From an uncultured Flavobacteriales bacterium (GTDB lineage: Bacteria > Bacteroidota > Bacteroidia > Flavobacteriales > BACL11), in contig CALJFR010000003.1 in the NCBI GenBank assembly GCA_938073745.1, positions 1,049 to 65,048 on the forward strand: DNA of 64,000 nt, given 5' to 3'. This document shows, in pieces, positions 49,486 to 58,932 of the stretch. Numbering within the stretch: the stretch's first letter is position 1; every line of letters starts with the position of its first letter. Below the pieces are notes generated by a model that made no database searches, was not told the DNA's origin, and saw nothing but the letters and a program-made list of their open reading frames with translations. A program made the position numbers and the translations under genes.

Positions 49486-50385
49486 ATGAAAAATTATTTT
49501 ATTCTTTTTTTAAAAGGAATTGCCATGGGAGTTGCAAATGTAATACCCGGAGTTTCAGGAGGTACAATTGCTCTTATCACCGGTATTTATGAAAAACTTA
49601 TAAACTCACTAAAATCTTTTGACACAACAGCTTTTAAACTAATTATAAAGTTTGACATTAAAGCCTTCACTAGACATACAAACCTTTACTTTTTAATTGC
49701 AGTATTTGGAGGTAGTATTGTTAGTGTTTTCAGTATTGCAAGCTTATTTAAGTTTTTATTTAATAATTATCCATTGTATATCTGGTCATTCTTTTTTGGT
49801 TTAATTTTAATATCAATTCTGTTTGTTGGAAAAACAATAACAAAATGGAATAAGCAAAGTATTATCTCTTTAATTTTAGGAATAATGATTGCTGTTTCAT
49901 TCACTTATATCTCTCCAGCAAGTGAGAATAATAACCTACTTTTTGTATTCTTCTGTGGAATAATTGGAATTTCTGGGATGATGCTTCCTGGGTTGTCAGG
50001 CTCATTTATCTTAATCTTGCTTGGCAACTATGAGTTACTTCTAGTTAAAGCTGTAACTGATCTAAATATATTACTATTAAGCGTTTTCTTTGCTGGCTCT
50101 GTTTTTGGTGTTTTTTCCTTCTCTCATTTATTGTCCTGGTTATTAAAAAAATATAAGGATCAAACTATTGCATTACTAACTGGGTTTATATCCGGCTCGT
50201 TAGCAATAATATGGCCTTGGAAGGAAGTAAGTAAATCAATAATTATTTCAGGAAAAGAGAAAATTATTGAATATGATCTTTATTTTCCAACTGAAATAAA
50301 CAATGAAAATTTTATAGCAACTTCAATGATTATACTTGGTGTAATAAGTGTGTATGCAATTGAAAAATATTCTGAAGTAAAATAG
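49486..50385 (+). CDS. DUF368 membrane protein (family recently linked to polyprenyl-phosphate translocation, PopT)
   Basis: GVANVIPGVSGGTIALITGIYE and a second repeat, MLPGLSGSFILILLG, the duplicated DUF368 signature. ATG abuts the upstream stop. Confidence 0.8.
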   Translation: MKNYFILFLKGIAMGVANVIPGVSGGTIALITGIYEKLINSLKSFDTTAFKLIIKFDIKAFTRHTNLYFLIAVFGGSIVSVFSIASLFKFLFNNYPLYIWSFFFGLILISILFVGKTITKWNKQSIISLILGIMIAVSFTYISPASENNNLLFVFFCGIIGISGMMLPGLSGSFILILLGNYELLLVKAVTDLNILLLSVFFAGSVFGVFSFSHLLSWLLKKYKDQTIALLTGFISGSLAIIWPWKEVSKSIIISGKEKIIEYDLYFPTEINNENFIATSMIILGVISVYAIEKYSEVK

Positions 50386-50387
50386 TT

Positions 50388-51101
50388 GTGAGGTTTGGAT
50401 TAATTGGAAAAAATTTAAATCATTCTTTTTCAAAAGATTTCTTTAAAAACAAATTTGAAATTTTAAAACTTAAAAATTATCAGTATCAAAATTTTGAGAT
50501 TAATAATGTAAAGGAAATTATTAATATTATAAATAAAAATAATCTCAAAGGATTAAACATAACTATTCCATTCAAATCAGATACTCTCACAATTGTTGAT
50601 AATATAGATGAACACGCAAAGAATATTGGTTCAATAAATACTTTAAGAATTTCAAATAACAAGATTAAGGGATATAATACAGATTATATTGGTTTTCAAA
50701 ATAGTATACAACACTTAATTGGGAAAAGAAAAGAAGCACTTATATTAGGAAGTGGAGGGTCTAGCAAGGCTATACAATATGCACTAAAAAATTTAAATAT
50801 AAATTATAAAATTGTTTCAAGAAGTGGAAATTTAAACTACCAAAATCTTACAGAAGAAGATATCATTACTAACGAGATTATTATTAATACGACTCCACTT
50901 GGCATGTATCCAAACATAAATCAATTTCCTAAAATTCCTTATCATGTTTTGTCAAAGGAACATTTAGTTTATGATTTGATTTACAATCCTGAAGAAACGA
51001 TTTTTCTTAAAAAATCAAAAGAAATGAAATGTATTGTAAAAAATGGTTTTGAAATGCTTAAAATACAAGCTGAAGAATCGTGGAAAATCTGGAATAATTA
51101 A
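50388..51101 (+). CDS. aroE: Shikimate dehydrogenase family protein (AroE-like)
   Basis: GTG start 2 nt after the upstream stop. FGLIGKNLNHSFS substrate-binding N-terminus, NITIPFK, NTDYIGF, and the GSGGSSKA Rossmann motif. Confidence 0.75.
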   Translation: MRFGLIGKNLNHSFSKDFFKNKFEILKLKNYQYQNFEINNVKEIINIINKNNLKGLNITIPFKSDTLTIVDNIDEHAKNIGSINTLRISNNKIKGYNTDYIGFQNSIQHLIGKRKEALILGSGGSSKAIQYALKNLNINYKIVSRSGNLNYQNLTEEDIITNEIIINTTPLGMYPNINQFPKIPYHVLSKEHLVYDLIYNPEETIFLKKSKEMKCIVKNGFEMLKIQAEESWKIWNN

Positions 51102-51176
51102 ATAATTGCTAGATTTACACAGTATATTTACAGCTTTATTAAATATCTTTACTTGAGATTTATAAATAATCTTTAA

Positions 51177-52898
51177 ATGACTGAAAATAAAATTATTAAA
51201 AATATAGATTCTAATATCTCAAACGAGAATTCAGTAAATTCTGAAGAATTAGAACTAAGTAATTTAAAACCTGAGGAACTAATAATATTATTAGACCAAC
51301 TAATTGATAATGACAATCCCTTCGCTGTTTCAAAAAGAGCAGAAAATATAAAAGCATTATTTTACAAGAGCTTTAATGGTCTAGAACAAAACAAAGAATC
51401 TGAAATTTTAGAGAAAAACTTCAAAAAAATTTATAATTTGTTTAGAAAAAAAAGAAATGATTTTAGAAAAGAGCAAGAGCAAAAAGAGAAAGAAAATCTA
51501 AAACTAAAAACAGATATAATTTCAGAAATTAAAGATCTTACTTCAGAAGTAGAATTAAAAAAAGATACTTATAACCGATTTAGAGAACTACAAAAAAAAT
51601 GGAAAAAAATTGGCCATGTAAGCATTAAAGAAAAAAATAATGTCTGGCAAATGTATAATCATTATGTTGAAGTATTTTATGATTATTTGAGACTTAATAA
51701 GGATCTAAGAGATATAGATTTTAAGAAAAATCTAGATAATAAATTAGAATTATGTAAAAAAGCTGAAAAATTACTTTCTCTTAAATCATTAAATAAAATG
51801 CACGAGGACCTACAAATACTTCATGAAAAATGGAAAGATGTAGGACCAGTAAATAAAGAAAACAGAGATGAAATCTGGATTAGATTTCAAGAAGCATCTA
51901 AAAAAATAAATAAAAAAAGAAACGATTATTTTTTAGATATTAAGAAAAAAGACCAAATAAAACTAGCTGCAAAAAAAGAGATTTGTGAAAAAATCAATCA
52001 ACTAGCAAATAAAGAAATTAAATCAATAAAAGAAATAAATCTTTCAAACAAAGAGGTAGAAAAACTATCTTCTCAATGGAAAAATATAGGAAGAGTAAAT
52101 AAAAAAGACAATAAGCTGTGCTGGACAGAATACAGAGAGTCTCTTAATAACTTTTACACTAAGAAAAATGATTTTTTTAAGAATAGAAAAGATAAAAACA
52201 AAAATATCATTGATTTAAAAATTAAACTTTGTGAGGAAGTTGAAAGTCTTCAAAATAATACAGAATGGGCAAGCACTTCAAAAAAAATTATCAATCTACA
52301 AGCTCAATGGAAAAAATCTGGTTTCATAGCTGGAAAATTAAATGATAAACTATGGAAAAGATTTAGAAGTTCTTGTGATTTTTTCTTTGAATCAAAGAAA
52401 AATTTTCAAAAAGATATAGATAAAAAGAAAATTGAAAAAATTCAAGAAAAGAAAAATCTTATCATAAGTCTAAAAAAACACAAACCAACCAAAAATAAAG
52501 ATAAGGAGATTACATTTTTAAAAGAAAACATTGATAAATGGAAAAAAGTAAGTCTTTCACCGAATATGATAAATTTAGAATCAGATTATAAAAAATTATG
52601 TGATGAATTTCTAAAAAATCTTAATTTAGAAAAAAAAGATTTAGAAAAAGAAAAAACATCTGTTATGCTAAGTTTAATGGGAAATAACCCAAAAGTTTTA
52701 ACAAAAGAAAAAAACAGCGCAAAAGAAAAGATTAAAGAACTCACAAAAGAAATTAATCTTTTTGAAACTAATAAGTCTTACATTGTTTCATATAAAAAAA
52801 ACAATCCACTTCTTGATCAAATAAATAAAAAAATCATCAGATTGGAATTAGAAAAAAATAATTTAGAAAAAAAATTAAAAATTCTAAATAAGGTTTAG
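51177..52898 (+). CDS. DUF349 repeat protein
   Basis: Lys/Glu-rich, with at least 5 copies of the W-K-x-[IV]-G helical repeat (QKKWKKIGHV, HEKWKDVGPV, SSQWKNIGRV, QAQWKKSGFI, IDKWKKVS). Confidence 0.75.
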   Translation: MTENKIIKNIDSNISNENSVNSEELELSNLKPEELIILLDQLIDNDNPFAVSKRAENIKALFYKSFNGLEQNKESEILEKNFKKIYNLFRKKRNDFRKEQEQKEKENLKLKTDIISEIKDLTSEVELKKDTYNRFRELQKKWKKIGHVSIKEKNNVWQMYNHYVEVFYDYLRLNKDLRDIDFKKNLDNKLELCKKAEKLLSLKSLNKMHEDLQILHEKWKDVGPVNKENRDEIWIRFQEASKKINKKRNDYFLDIKKKDQIKLAAKKEICEKINQLANKEIKSIKEINLSNKEVEKLSSQWKNIGRVNKKDNKLCWTEYRESLNNFYTKKNDFFKNRKDKNKNIIDLKIKLCEEVESLQNNTEWASTSKKIINLQAQWKKSGFIAGKLNDKLWKRFRSSCDFFFESKKNFQKDIDKKKIEKIQEKKNLIISLKKHKPTKNKDKEITFLKENIDKWKKVSLSPNMINLESDYKKLCDEFLKNLNLEKKDLEKEKTSVMLSLMGNNPKVLTKEKNSAKEKIKELTKEINLFETNKSYIVSYKKNNPLLDQINKKIIRLELEKNNLEKKLKILNKV

Positions 52899-52899
52899 C

Positions 52900-54885
52900 A
52901 TGAAATTTGATATCGTTTCAGATTTTCAACCAACTGGAGATCAACCAGAAGCAATTTCTCAATTAGTAGAAGGAATCAATGAAAATGAGGAATACCAAAC
53001 TCTTCTTGGAGTAACAGGCTCTGGAAAGACATTTACAATTGCAAACGTTATTACTGAAGTCAATAAGCCAACTTTAGTGCTAAGTCATAACAAAACTTTA
53101 GCTGCTCAGTTATTTAGTGAATTCAAACAATTCTTTCCTAATAATGCTGTTGAATACTTTGTATCCTACTACGATTATTATCAACCAGAAGCTTATATTC
53201 CAAGTTCAGGCACCTATATTGAAAAAGACCTTTCAATAAACGAAGAAATTGAAAAATTTAGATTAAGTACCACTTCAGCTCTATTATCTGGAAGGAGAGA
53301 TGTAATAGTTGTTGCATCTGTTTCATGTATATATGGAATTGGAAATCCTGATGATTTTCACGATAATATATTAGAATTATATTCAGAGCAAATACTATCA
53401 AGAGAAAGTTTATTAAAATCTTTAGTACAAGCATTATACTTTAGAACTACATCTGATTTCCAAAGAGGAAACTTTAGAGTAAATGGTGATGTAGTTGATA
53501 TATATCCAGGATATTCTGATACAGCGTATAGAATTCATTTTTTTGGAAATGAAATTGAAGAAATTGAAGAAATTAATCCGGAAAACGGAAATATAATTAA
53601 GGAATTAGATAGTATTAAAATTTTTCCAGCAAGTATTTTTATAGCCTCTAAAGAAAGAACCAATGAAGCAATTAAAAATATACAAGATGATTTAGTCAAA
53701 CAAGTTGAATATTTTAATAAATCTGAATTAAAATTAGAAGCAAAGAGGATTGAAGAAAGAACAAGTTTTGATATTGAAATGATAAAAGAATTAGGCTACT
53801 GTTCAGGAATTGAGAATTATTCTAGATATTTTGATGGAAGATCTGAAGGAAGTAGACCTTTTTGTTTATTAGACTATTTCCCTAAAGACTTTTTAACAGT
53901 AATTGATGAAAGTCACGTGACATTACCTCAGGTCAGAGCTATGTATGGCGGTGATAAATCGCGAAAATTTAATCTTGTTGAACATGGCTTCAGACTTCCG
54001 GCAGCAATGGATAATAGGCCATTAAAATTTGAAGAATTTGAAATAATTAATAATCAGACAATTTATGTAAGTGCTACCCCTGCTGATTATGAACTTGAAA
54101 AATGTGAAGGGGTAATCATTGAACAAATAATTAGACCGACTGGGCTTTTAGAACCAGAAATTATTATAAAACCATGCAAAGATCAGATTGATGATTTAAT
54201 TGAAGAAATAAGATTAATAATTTTAAAAAAAGAAAGAATTTTAGTTACAACACTTACAAAAAGAATGGCTGAAGAATTAACAAAATATTTAGGAAGAATA
54301 AATATAAAGTGTAGATATATACATTCAGATGTAGACACGATTGAAAGAGTTGAAATAATTCATGGATTAAGAAATGGAGATTTTGATGTTTTAATTGGAG
54401 TGAATCTATTAAGAGAAGGATTAGATCTACCAGAAGTAAGTTTAGTTGCAATTATGGATGCAGACAAAGAAGGGTTTTTAAGGTCGGAAAGAGCTTTAAT
54501 TCAAACCTCTGGAAGAGCTGCAAGAAATGTTAATGGAAAAGTAATAATGTATGGAGATAAAATTACTAAATCAATGAAAAATACAATCGATGCAACAAAT
54601 AATAAGAGAGAAAAACAAATTAAATATAATAAAGATAATAATATTACACCCACAGCAATAAAAAAGAGAAATGATAATAGTATTACAGAGAAATTAAATC
54701 CATACAAGGTAAATAATATAAAAGAAGAAGAAAAAATTGATTTTAATAAACTTTCAAAAGTAGAACTTAATAAGCTTATTAAAACTACAAAAAATGAAAT
54801 GCAAAGAATGGCAAAATCATTAAACTTTGTTGAAGCAACTAGATTAAGGGATAAACTTTTCAACCTAGAAGAACTTATAAAATAA
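52900..54885 (+). CDS. uvrB: Excinuclease ABC subunit B
   Basis: GVTGSGKTF Walker A, DESH box (VIDESHVTLPQ), helicase motifs, and C-terminal UVR domain (EATRLRDKL). Confidence 0.95.
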   Translation: MKFDIVSDFQPTGDQPEAISQLVEGINENEEYQTLLGVTGSGKTFTIANVITEVNKPTLVLSHNKTLAAQLFSEFKQFFPNNAVEYFVSYYDYYQPEAYIPSSGTYIEKDLSINEEIEKFRLSTTSALLSGRRDVIVVASVSCIYGIGNPDDFHDNILELYSEQILSRESLLKSLVQALYFRTTSDFQRGNFRVNGDVVDIYPGYSDTAYRIHFFGNEIEEIEEINPENGNIIKELDSIKIFPASIFIASKERTNEAIKNIQDDLVKQVEYFNKSELKLEAKRIEERTSFDIEMIKELGYCSGIENYSRYFDGRSEGSRPFCLLDYFPKDFLTVIDESHVTLPQVRAMYGGDKSRKFNLVEHGFRLPAAMDNRPLKFEEFEIINNQTIYVSATPADYELEKCEGVIIEQIIRPTGLLEPEIIIKPCKDQIDDLIEEIRLIILKKERILVTTLTKRMAEELTKYLGRINIKCRYIHSDVDTIERVEIIHGLRNGDFDVLIGVNLLREGLDLPEVSLVAIMDADKEGFLRSERALIQTSGRAARNVNGKVIMYGDKITKSMKNTIDATNNKREKQIKYNKDNNITPTAIKKRNDNSITEKLNPYKVNNIKEEEKIDFNKLSKVELNKLIKTTKNEMQRMAKSLNFVEATRLRDKLFNLEELIK

Positions 54886-54913
54886 AAAAACGGACTACAT
54901 GAGTCCGTTTTTT
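54885..54913. terminator. Bidirectional hairpin terminator between uvrB and csp
   Basis: AAAAAA-CGGACT-acatg-AGTCCG-TTTTTT. Confidence 0.75.
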
Positions 54914-54935
54914 ATTACATATTATAATTTGCTAA

Positions 54936-55133
54936 TTAAGCGCTTACAATTGTTTTTGCAACTGGTCCTTTTTCACCTTCAGCCGCTTCAAATGTTACTG
55001 AAGCACCTTCTTTAAGAGTTTTATATCCATCAGATTGAATTTCTTGAAAATGTGCAAAGTAGTCAGTTCCATCTGAACCTTCGATAAAACCATATCCTTT
55101 ACTTGAGTTAAACCATTTTACTGTTCCTTCCAT
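54936..55133 (-). CDS. cspA: Cold-shock protein (CspA family)
   Basis: 65 aa. GTVKWFNSSKGYGFI (RNP1) and DYFAHF (RNP2). Confidence 0.9.
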   Translation of the reverse strand: MEGTVKWFNSSKGYGFIEGSDGTDYFAHFQEIQSDGYKTLKEGASVTFEAAEGEKGPVAKTIVSA

Positions 55134-55186
55134 AATTGTTTATTATTATTAATTAATACTAGTGGGAACAACCCCACAAAACTTTG

Positions 55187-55194
55187 CAAATATA
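55187..55194 (-). promoter_or_regulatory. -7 box TATATTTG(CA) upstream of csp
   Basis: The reverse complement of caaatata is TATATTTG, 53 nt upstream of ATG 55133. The leader carries the hairpin GTGGG-gttgtt-CCCAC (55162..55177). Confidence 0.45.
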
Positions 55195-55215
55195 ACTAAA
55201 TAAATAACATAGCTA

Positions 55216-56091
55216 TTAATTACGAGATTTCGCTGCTAATAAGGTATTTTTCAACAACATTGCAATTGTCATTGGACCAACTCCTCCAGGAACTGGAGTT
55301 ATATAACTCACTTTATCTTTAACGTCATTAAAATCAACGTCACCAACTAATTTCCATCCTGATTTTGTTATATCAGATGGTATTCTAGTTATTCCAACAT
55401 CAATTATACAACAACCAGCTTTAACCATACTAGAATTAACAAAATTGGCTTTTCCAAGAGCCACAATTAATATATCTGCTTTAAGACAAACATCTTTAAT
55501 ATTTTTTGATCTACTGTGGACTAAAGTTACAGTGGCATTACCAGGATTATTATTTCTAGCCATTAAGATACTAACAGGCAATCCAACTATATGACTTCTT
55601 CCAATAACAACACAATTTTTACCTTCAGTATCGATTTTATACCTATCAAGAAGTTCAATAATACCTGCTGGTGTTGCAGGAATAAATGAAGGAAGATTTA
55701 GCGTCATATTACCAATATTGATTGGATGAAAACCATCAACATCCTTTAAGACATCTATTGTATTGATAATTTTCTTTTCATTAATGTGATTGGGTAATGG
55801 TAATTGAACAATTAAACCATCAATAAGGTTATTATTATTAATTTTCTTGATCTCATCAATTAATTTATCTTCAGAAACTGAATCTTCTAATCTTACTAAA
55901 GTAGAATCAAAACCTACTTTATTACAAGCCTTAACTTTTGCATTAACATAAGTTTCACTTGCTCCATTATTTCCAACTAAAATTGCAGCTAAATGTGGTT
56001 TTTTTCCACCACTATTTATTAAAGAATCAACTTCTAAAGCAATTTCATCTTTAATTTCATTAGAAGTTTTTTTACCGTCTAATAGTATCAT
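55216..56091 (-). CDS. folD: Bifunctional 5,10-methylene-THF dehydrogenase / methenyl-THF cyclohydrolase
   Basis: [31 protein letters not shown], and PGGVGPMT. Confidence 0.9.
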   Translation of the reverse strand: MILLDGKKTSNEIKDEIALEVDSLINSGGKKPHLAAILVGNNGASETYVNAKVKACNKVGFDSTLVRLEDSVSEDKLIDEIKKINNNNLIDGLIVQLPLPNHINEKKIINTIDVLKDVDGFHPINIGNMTLNLPSFIPATPAGIIELLDRYKIDTEGKNCVVIGRSHIVGLPVSILMARNNNPGNATVTLVHSRSKNIKDVCLKADILIVALGKANFVNSSMVKAGCCIIDVGITRIPSDITKSGWKLVGDVDFNDVKDKVSYITPVPGGVGPMTIAMLLKNTLLAAKSRN

Positions 56092-56092
56092 T

Positions 56093-57433
56093 TTAAAATC
56101 TTGGCAAATTATTTCCTTTCATCATCTCCATCATTTTTGATGCACCTCCTCCTTGCATCATTTTCATCATTTTACCCATTTGACTAAACTGTTTGATTAG
56201 TTGATTTATCTCTTGAACATTAGTTCCACTTCCCGAAGCAATTCTTTTTTTTCTACTACCATTTAAAACATTAGGATTACTTCTTTCATAAGGAGTCATA
56301 GAATAAATAATAGATTCAATACCTTTAAAAGCATCATCGTCAATATCAACATCTTTTATTGCTTTGCCTACTCCTGGTATCATTCCTGCTAAATCTTTAA
56401 TATTACCCATCTTTTTAATTTGCTGAATTTGTTTTAAAAAATCATCAAATCCAAAGGTGTTTTTAGCAATTTTCTTTTGAATTTTTCTTGCTTCTTGCTC
56501 ATCAAACTGTTGTTGTGCTCTTTCTACCAAAGAGATAACATCTCCCATTCCTAATATACGACTTGCCATTCTATCAGGATGAAAAATGTCTAATCCTTCC
56601 ATTTTTTCAGAGGTTCCAATAAATTTTATTGGTTTGTCGACAACAGATCTTATAGTTAATGCCGCTCCCCCTCTAGTATCACCATCAAGCTTGGTTAATA
56701 CAACACCGTTAAAATCTAATCTATGATTAAAGGCTTTCGCAGTATTTACTGCGTCTTGACCAGTCATTGAATCTACTACAAATAATATCTCATCTGGATT
56801 AATAGAGGATTTAATATTAGTAATTTCAGTCATCATAGCCTCATCAACAGCTAATCTACCTGCCGTATCAATTATAACAACATCATGATTATTTTTCTTA
56901 GCATATTTAACAGCATTTGAAGAAATACTTATTGGATCTTTGTTTTCAATTTCTTTATAAACTTCAGCAGATACTTGTTCTGCTAAAACAGAAATTTGAT
57001 CAATAGCTGCAGGACGATAAACATCACAGGCAACTAATAATGGAGATTTCTTATTATTATTTTTTAGGAAAAATGCTAACTTTCCACAAAAAGTTGTTTT
57101 ACCTGAACCCTGTAAGCCAGCAACAAGTATAATTGCAGGTTTGGAATTTAAATTTAATTCAGAAGAACTACTTCCCATTAACTCGGCGAGTTCATCCTTC
57201 ATTATTTTAGTAAGCAATTCACCAGGCTTTAGTGTTGTGAGCACCTCTTGCCCTAAAGCTTTTTCTTTAACTGTAGCTGTAAATTCTTTAGCAGTTTTAT
57301 AGTCAACATCAGCAGAAATAAGTGCTTTACGTATTTCTTTCATAGTTTGGGCAACATTTATTTCAGAAATACTCCCCTGCCCTTTTAAAACTTTAAATGC
57401 TTTGTCTAATTTTTCAGATAAATTTTCAAACAT
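56093..57433 (-). CDS. ffh: Signal recognition particle protein Ffh
   Basis: NG domain with [14 protein letters not shown] and TKLDGD. Met-rich M domain at the C-terminus. Confidence 0.95.
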   Translation of the reverse strand: MFENLSEKLDKAFKVLKGQGSISEINVAQTMKEIRKALISADVDYKTAKEFTATVKEKALGQEVLTTLKPGELLTKIMKDELAELMGSSSSELNLNSKPAIILVAGLQGSGKTTFCGKLAFFLKNNNKKSPLLVACDVYRPAAIDQISVLAEQVSAEVYKEIENKDPISISSNAVKYAKKNNHDVVIIDTAGRLAVDEAMMTEITNIKSSINPDEILFVVDSMTGQDAVNTAKAFNHRLDFNGVVLTKLDGDTRGGAALTIRSVVDKPIKFIGTSEKMEGLDIFHPDRMASRILGMGDVISLVERAQQQFDEQEARKIQKKIAKNTFGFDDFLKQIQQIKKMGNIKDLAGMIPGVGKAIKDVDIDDDAFKGIESIIYSMTPYERSNPNVLNGSRKKRIASGSGTNVQEINQLIKQFSQMGKMMKMMQGGGASKMMEMMKGNNLPRF

Positions 57434-57453
57434 TTTTTTTATTCTTATTTATA

Positions 57454-57461
57454 CAAAAGTA
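57454..57461 (-). promoter_or_regulatory. -7 box TACTTTTG upstream of ffh
   Basis: The reverse complement of caaaagta is TACTTTTG, 20 nt upstream of ATG 57433. Confidence 0.4.
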
Positions 57462-57473
57462 TATATTCAATAC

Positions 57474-58463
57474 TTAATTATTAAATAAAGTATTCACAAA
57501 ATCTTCTTTATTAAACATCTGAAGATCTTCCATACCCTCACCTACACCAATATATCTAACAGGAATTTGTAATTGATCTGAAATACCTATAACTACACCA
57601 CCTTTTGCAGTTCCATCTAACTTAGTTAAAGCCAGAGAATTTACTTGTGTAACAGAAGAAAATTGTTTTGCTTGCTCAATTGCATTTTGTCCAGTTGAAG
57701 CATCTAAAACTAAAAGAACATCATGTGGAGCGTTAGTTACAACCTTATTCATCACATTTTTAATCTTTGAAAGTTCATTCATTAGATTTATCTTGTTATG
57801 CAATCTTCCAGCAGTATCTATAATTACAACATCAGCATTTTTTGACATTGCTGACTGTATAGTATCGAAAGCTACTGATGCTGGATCTGACCCCATAGCC
57901 TGCTTAACAATATCAACCCCCACCCTTTCAGACCATATTACAAGTTGATCAACTGCTGCTGCACGAAAAGTATCTGCAGCACCTAAAACAACTTTAAGCC
58001 CAGCTTTTTTAAATTTATGAGCTAATTTTCCAATTGTTGTAGTTTTCCCAACACCATTTACTCCAACAACCATAATTACGTAAGGAACATTTTCTACAGA
58101 ATCAACTTCTAAAGTTATATCCTTACTAACAACAAGAAGTTCTTCTATTTCTTTTTTTAAAATATCTGTGAGTTCATCTGAGTTTATATATTTATCTTTT
58201 TCAACTCTCTTTTCAAGTCTATCAATAATTTTTAGAGATGTTTCAACTCCAATATCACTTGTAATGAGTATTTCTTCAATGTCATCTAAATCATTATCAT
58301 CTATTTTTGATTTACCAACAACAGTCTTAGTAATCTTGTTAAATAAGCTTGTCTTTGTTTTTTCAAGACTTTTTTCAAGCTTTTTTTGTTTTTGTGAAGA
58401 TTCCTCAGAACTTACTTTATCATTATTATTAAATAAATTTTTGATTTTATCAAAAAAGGCCAT
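57474..58463 (-). CDS. ftsY: SRP receptor FtsY
   Basis: Acidic N-terminus, then NG domain with GVNGVGKTTT, DTAGRL and TKLDGT. Confidence 0.9.
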   Translation of the reverse strand: MAFFDKIKNLFNNNDKVSSEESSQKQKKLEKSLEKTKTSLFNKITKTVVGKSKIDDNDLDDIEEILITSDIGVETSLKIIDRLEKRVEKDKYINSDELTDILKKEIEELLVVSKDITLEVDSVENVPYVIMVVGVNGVGKTTTIGKLAHKFKKAGLKVVLGAADTFRAAAVDQLVIWSERVGVDIVKQAMGSDPASVAFDTIQSAMSKNADVVIIDTAGRLHNKINLMNELSKIKNVMNKVVTNAPHDVLLVLDASTGQNAIEQAKQFSSVTQVNSLALTKLDGTAKGGVVIGISDQLQIPVRYIGVGEGMEDLQMFNKEDFVNTLFNN

Positions 58464-58480
58464 AACTATTTTAATTAATT

Positions 58481-58516
58481 AAAAAAAAAGCTTCTTTCAA
58501 AAATAGAAAGAAGCTT
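58481..58516 (-). terminator. Rho-independent terminator after the rpmG-DUF4295 unit (its loop also contains a TAnnTTTG box)
   Basis: The minus strand reads AAGCTTCTTTC-tattttt-GAAAGAAGCTT followed by T9. The loop plus 3' arm reads TATTTTTG (plus-strand 58498..58505), 34 nt upstream of the ftsY ATG. Confidence 0.7.
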
Positions 58517-58539
58517 TGATAAATAGAATCTATTTAAGA

Positions 58540-58695
58540 TTATTTTTTAGCAAGAAAATCGTTCACTTTATCTTTAGGAACTATTTCAGATTTAAAAGAA
58601 TATGAACCAGTTGTTTCATTCTTCACCATTTTCACAGCCTTAGTAAATGCTTTTGCTCCTTTTTTTTGTAATGATGCTACTGTTTTTTTTGCCAT
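58540..58695 (-). CDS. DUF4295-family small protein (51 aa; below the ORF-track length cut-off)
   Basis: Hand translation gives MAKKTVASLQKKGAKAFTKAVKMVKNETTGSYSFKSEIVPKDKVNDFLAKK*. It starts 6 nt after rpmG. It matches my memory of the Bacteroidota-specific mini-protein found next to rpmG. Confidence 0.75.
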   Translation of the reverse strand: MAKKTVASLQKKGAKAFTKAVKMVKNETTGSYSFKSEIVPKDKVNDFLAKK

Positions 58696-58701
58696 TTCTT
58701 A

Positions 58702-58884
58702 TTATTTTATTTCTTTATGTAAAGTCATTTTTTTAAGAATAGGATTATACTTTTTTAATTCTAATCTATCAGGAGTATTTTTCTTATTCTTAGTTGAAAT
58801 ATAGCGTGATGTTCCAGGCATACCACTTGCCTTGTGTTCGGTACACTCTAAAATTACTTGAACTCTGTTTCCTTTCTTAGCCAT
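58702..58884 (-). CDS. rpmG: 50S ribosomal protein L33
   Basis: [60 protein letters not shown]. Confidence 0.9.
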   Translation of the reverse strand: MAKKGNRVQVILECTEHKASGMPGTSRYISTKNKKNTPDRLELKKYNPILKKMTLHKEIK

Positions 58885-58905
58885 TTTCTTTTATTTGTTG
58901 GGCTG

Positions 58906-58913
58906 CAAATTTA
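58906..58913 (-). promoter_or_regulatory. -7 box TAAATTTG(CAGCC) upstream of rpmG
   Basis: The reverse complement reads TAAATTTGCAGCCCAACAA, 21 nt upstream of ATG 58884. Confidence 0.5.
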
Positions 58914-58932
58914 ATTAAATTTTATAAATCTA

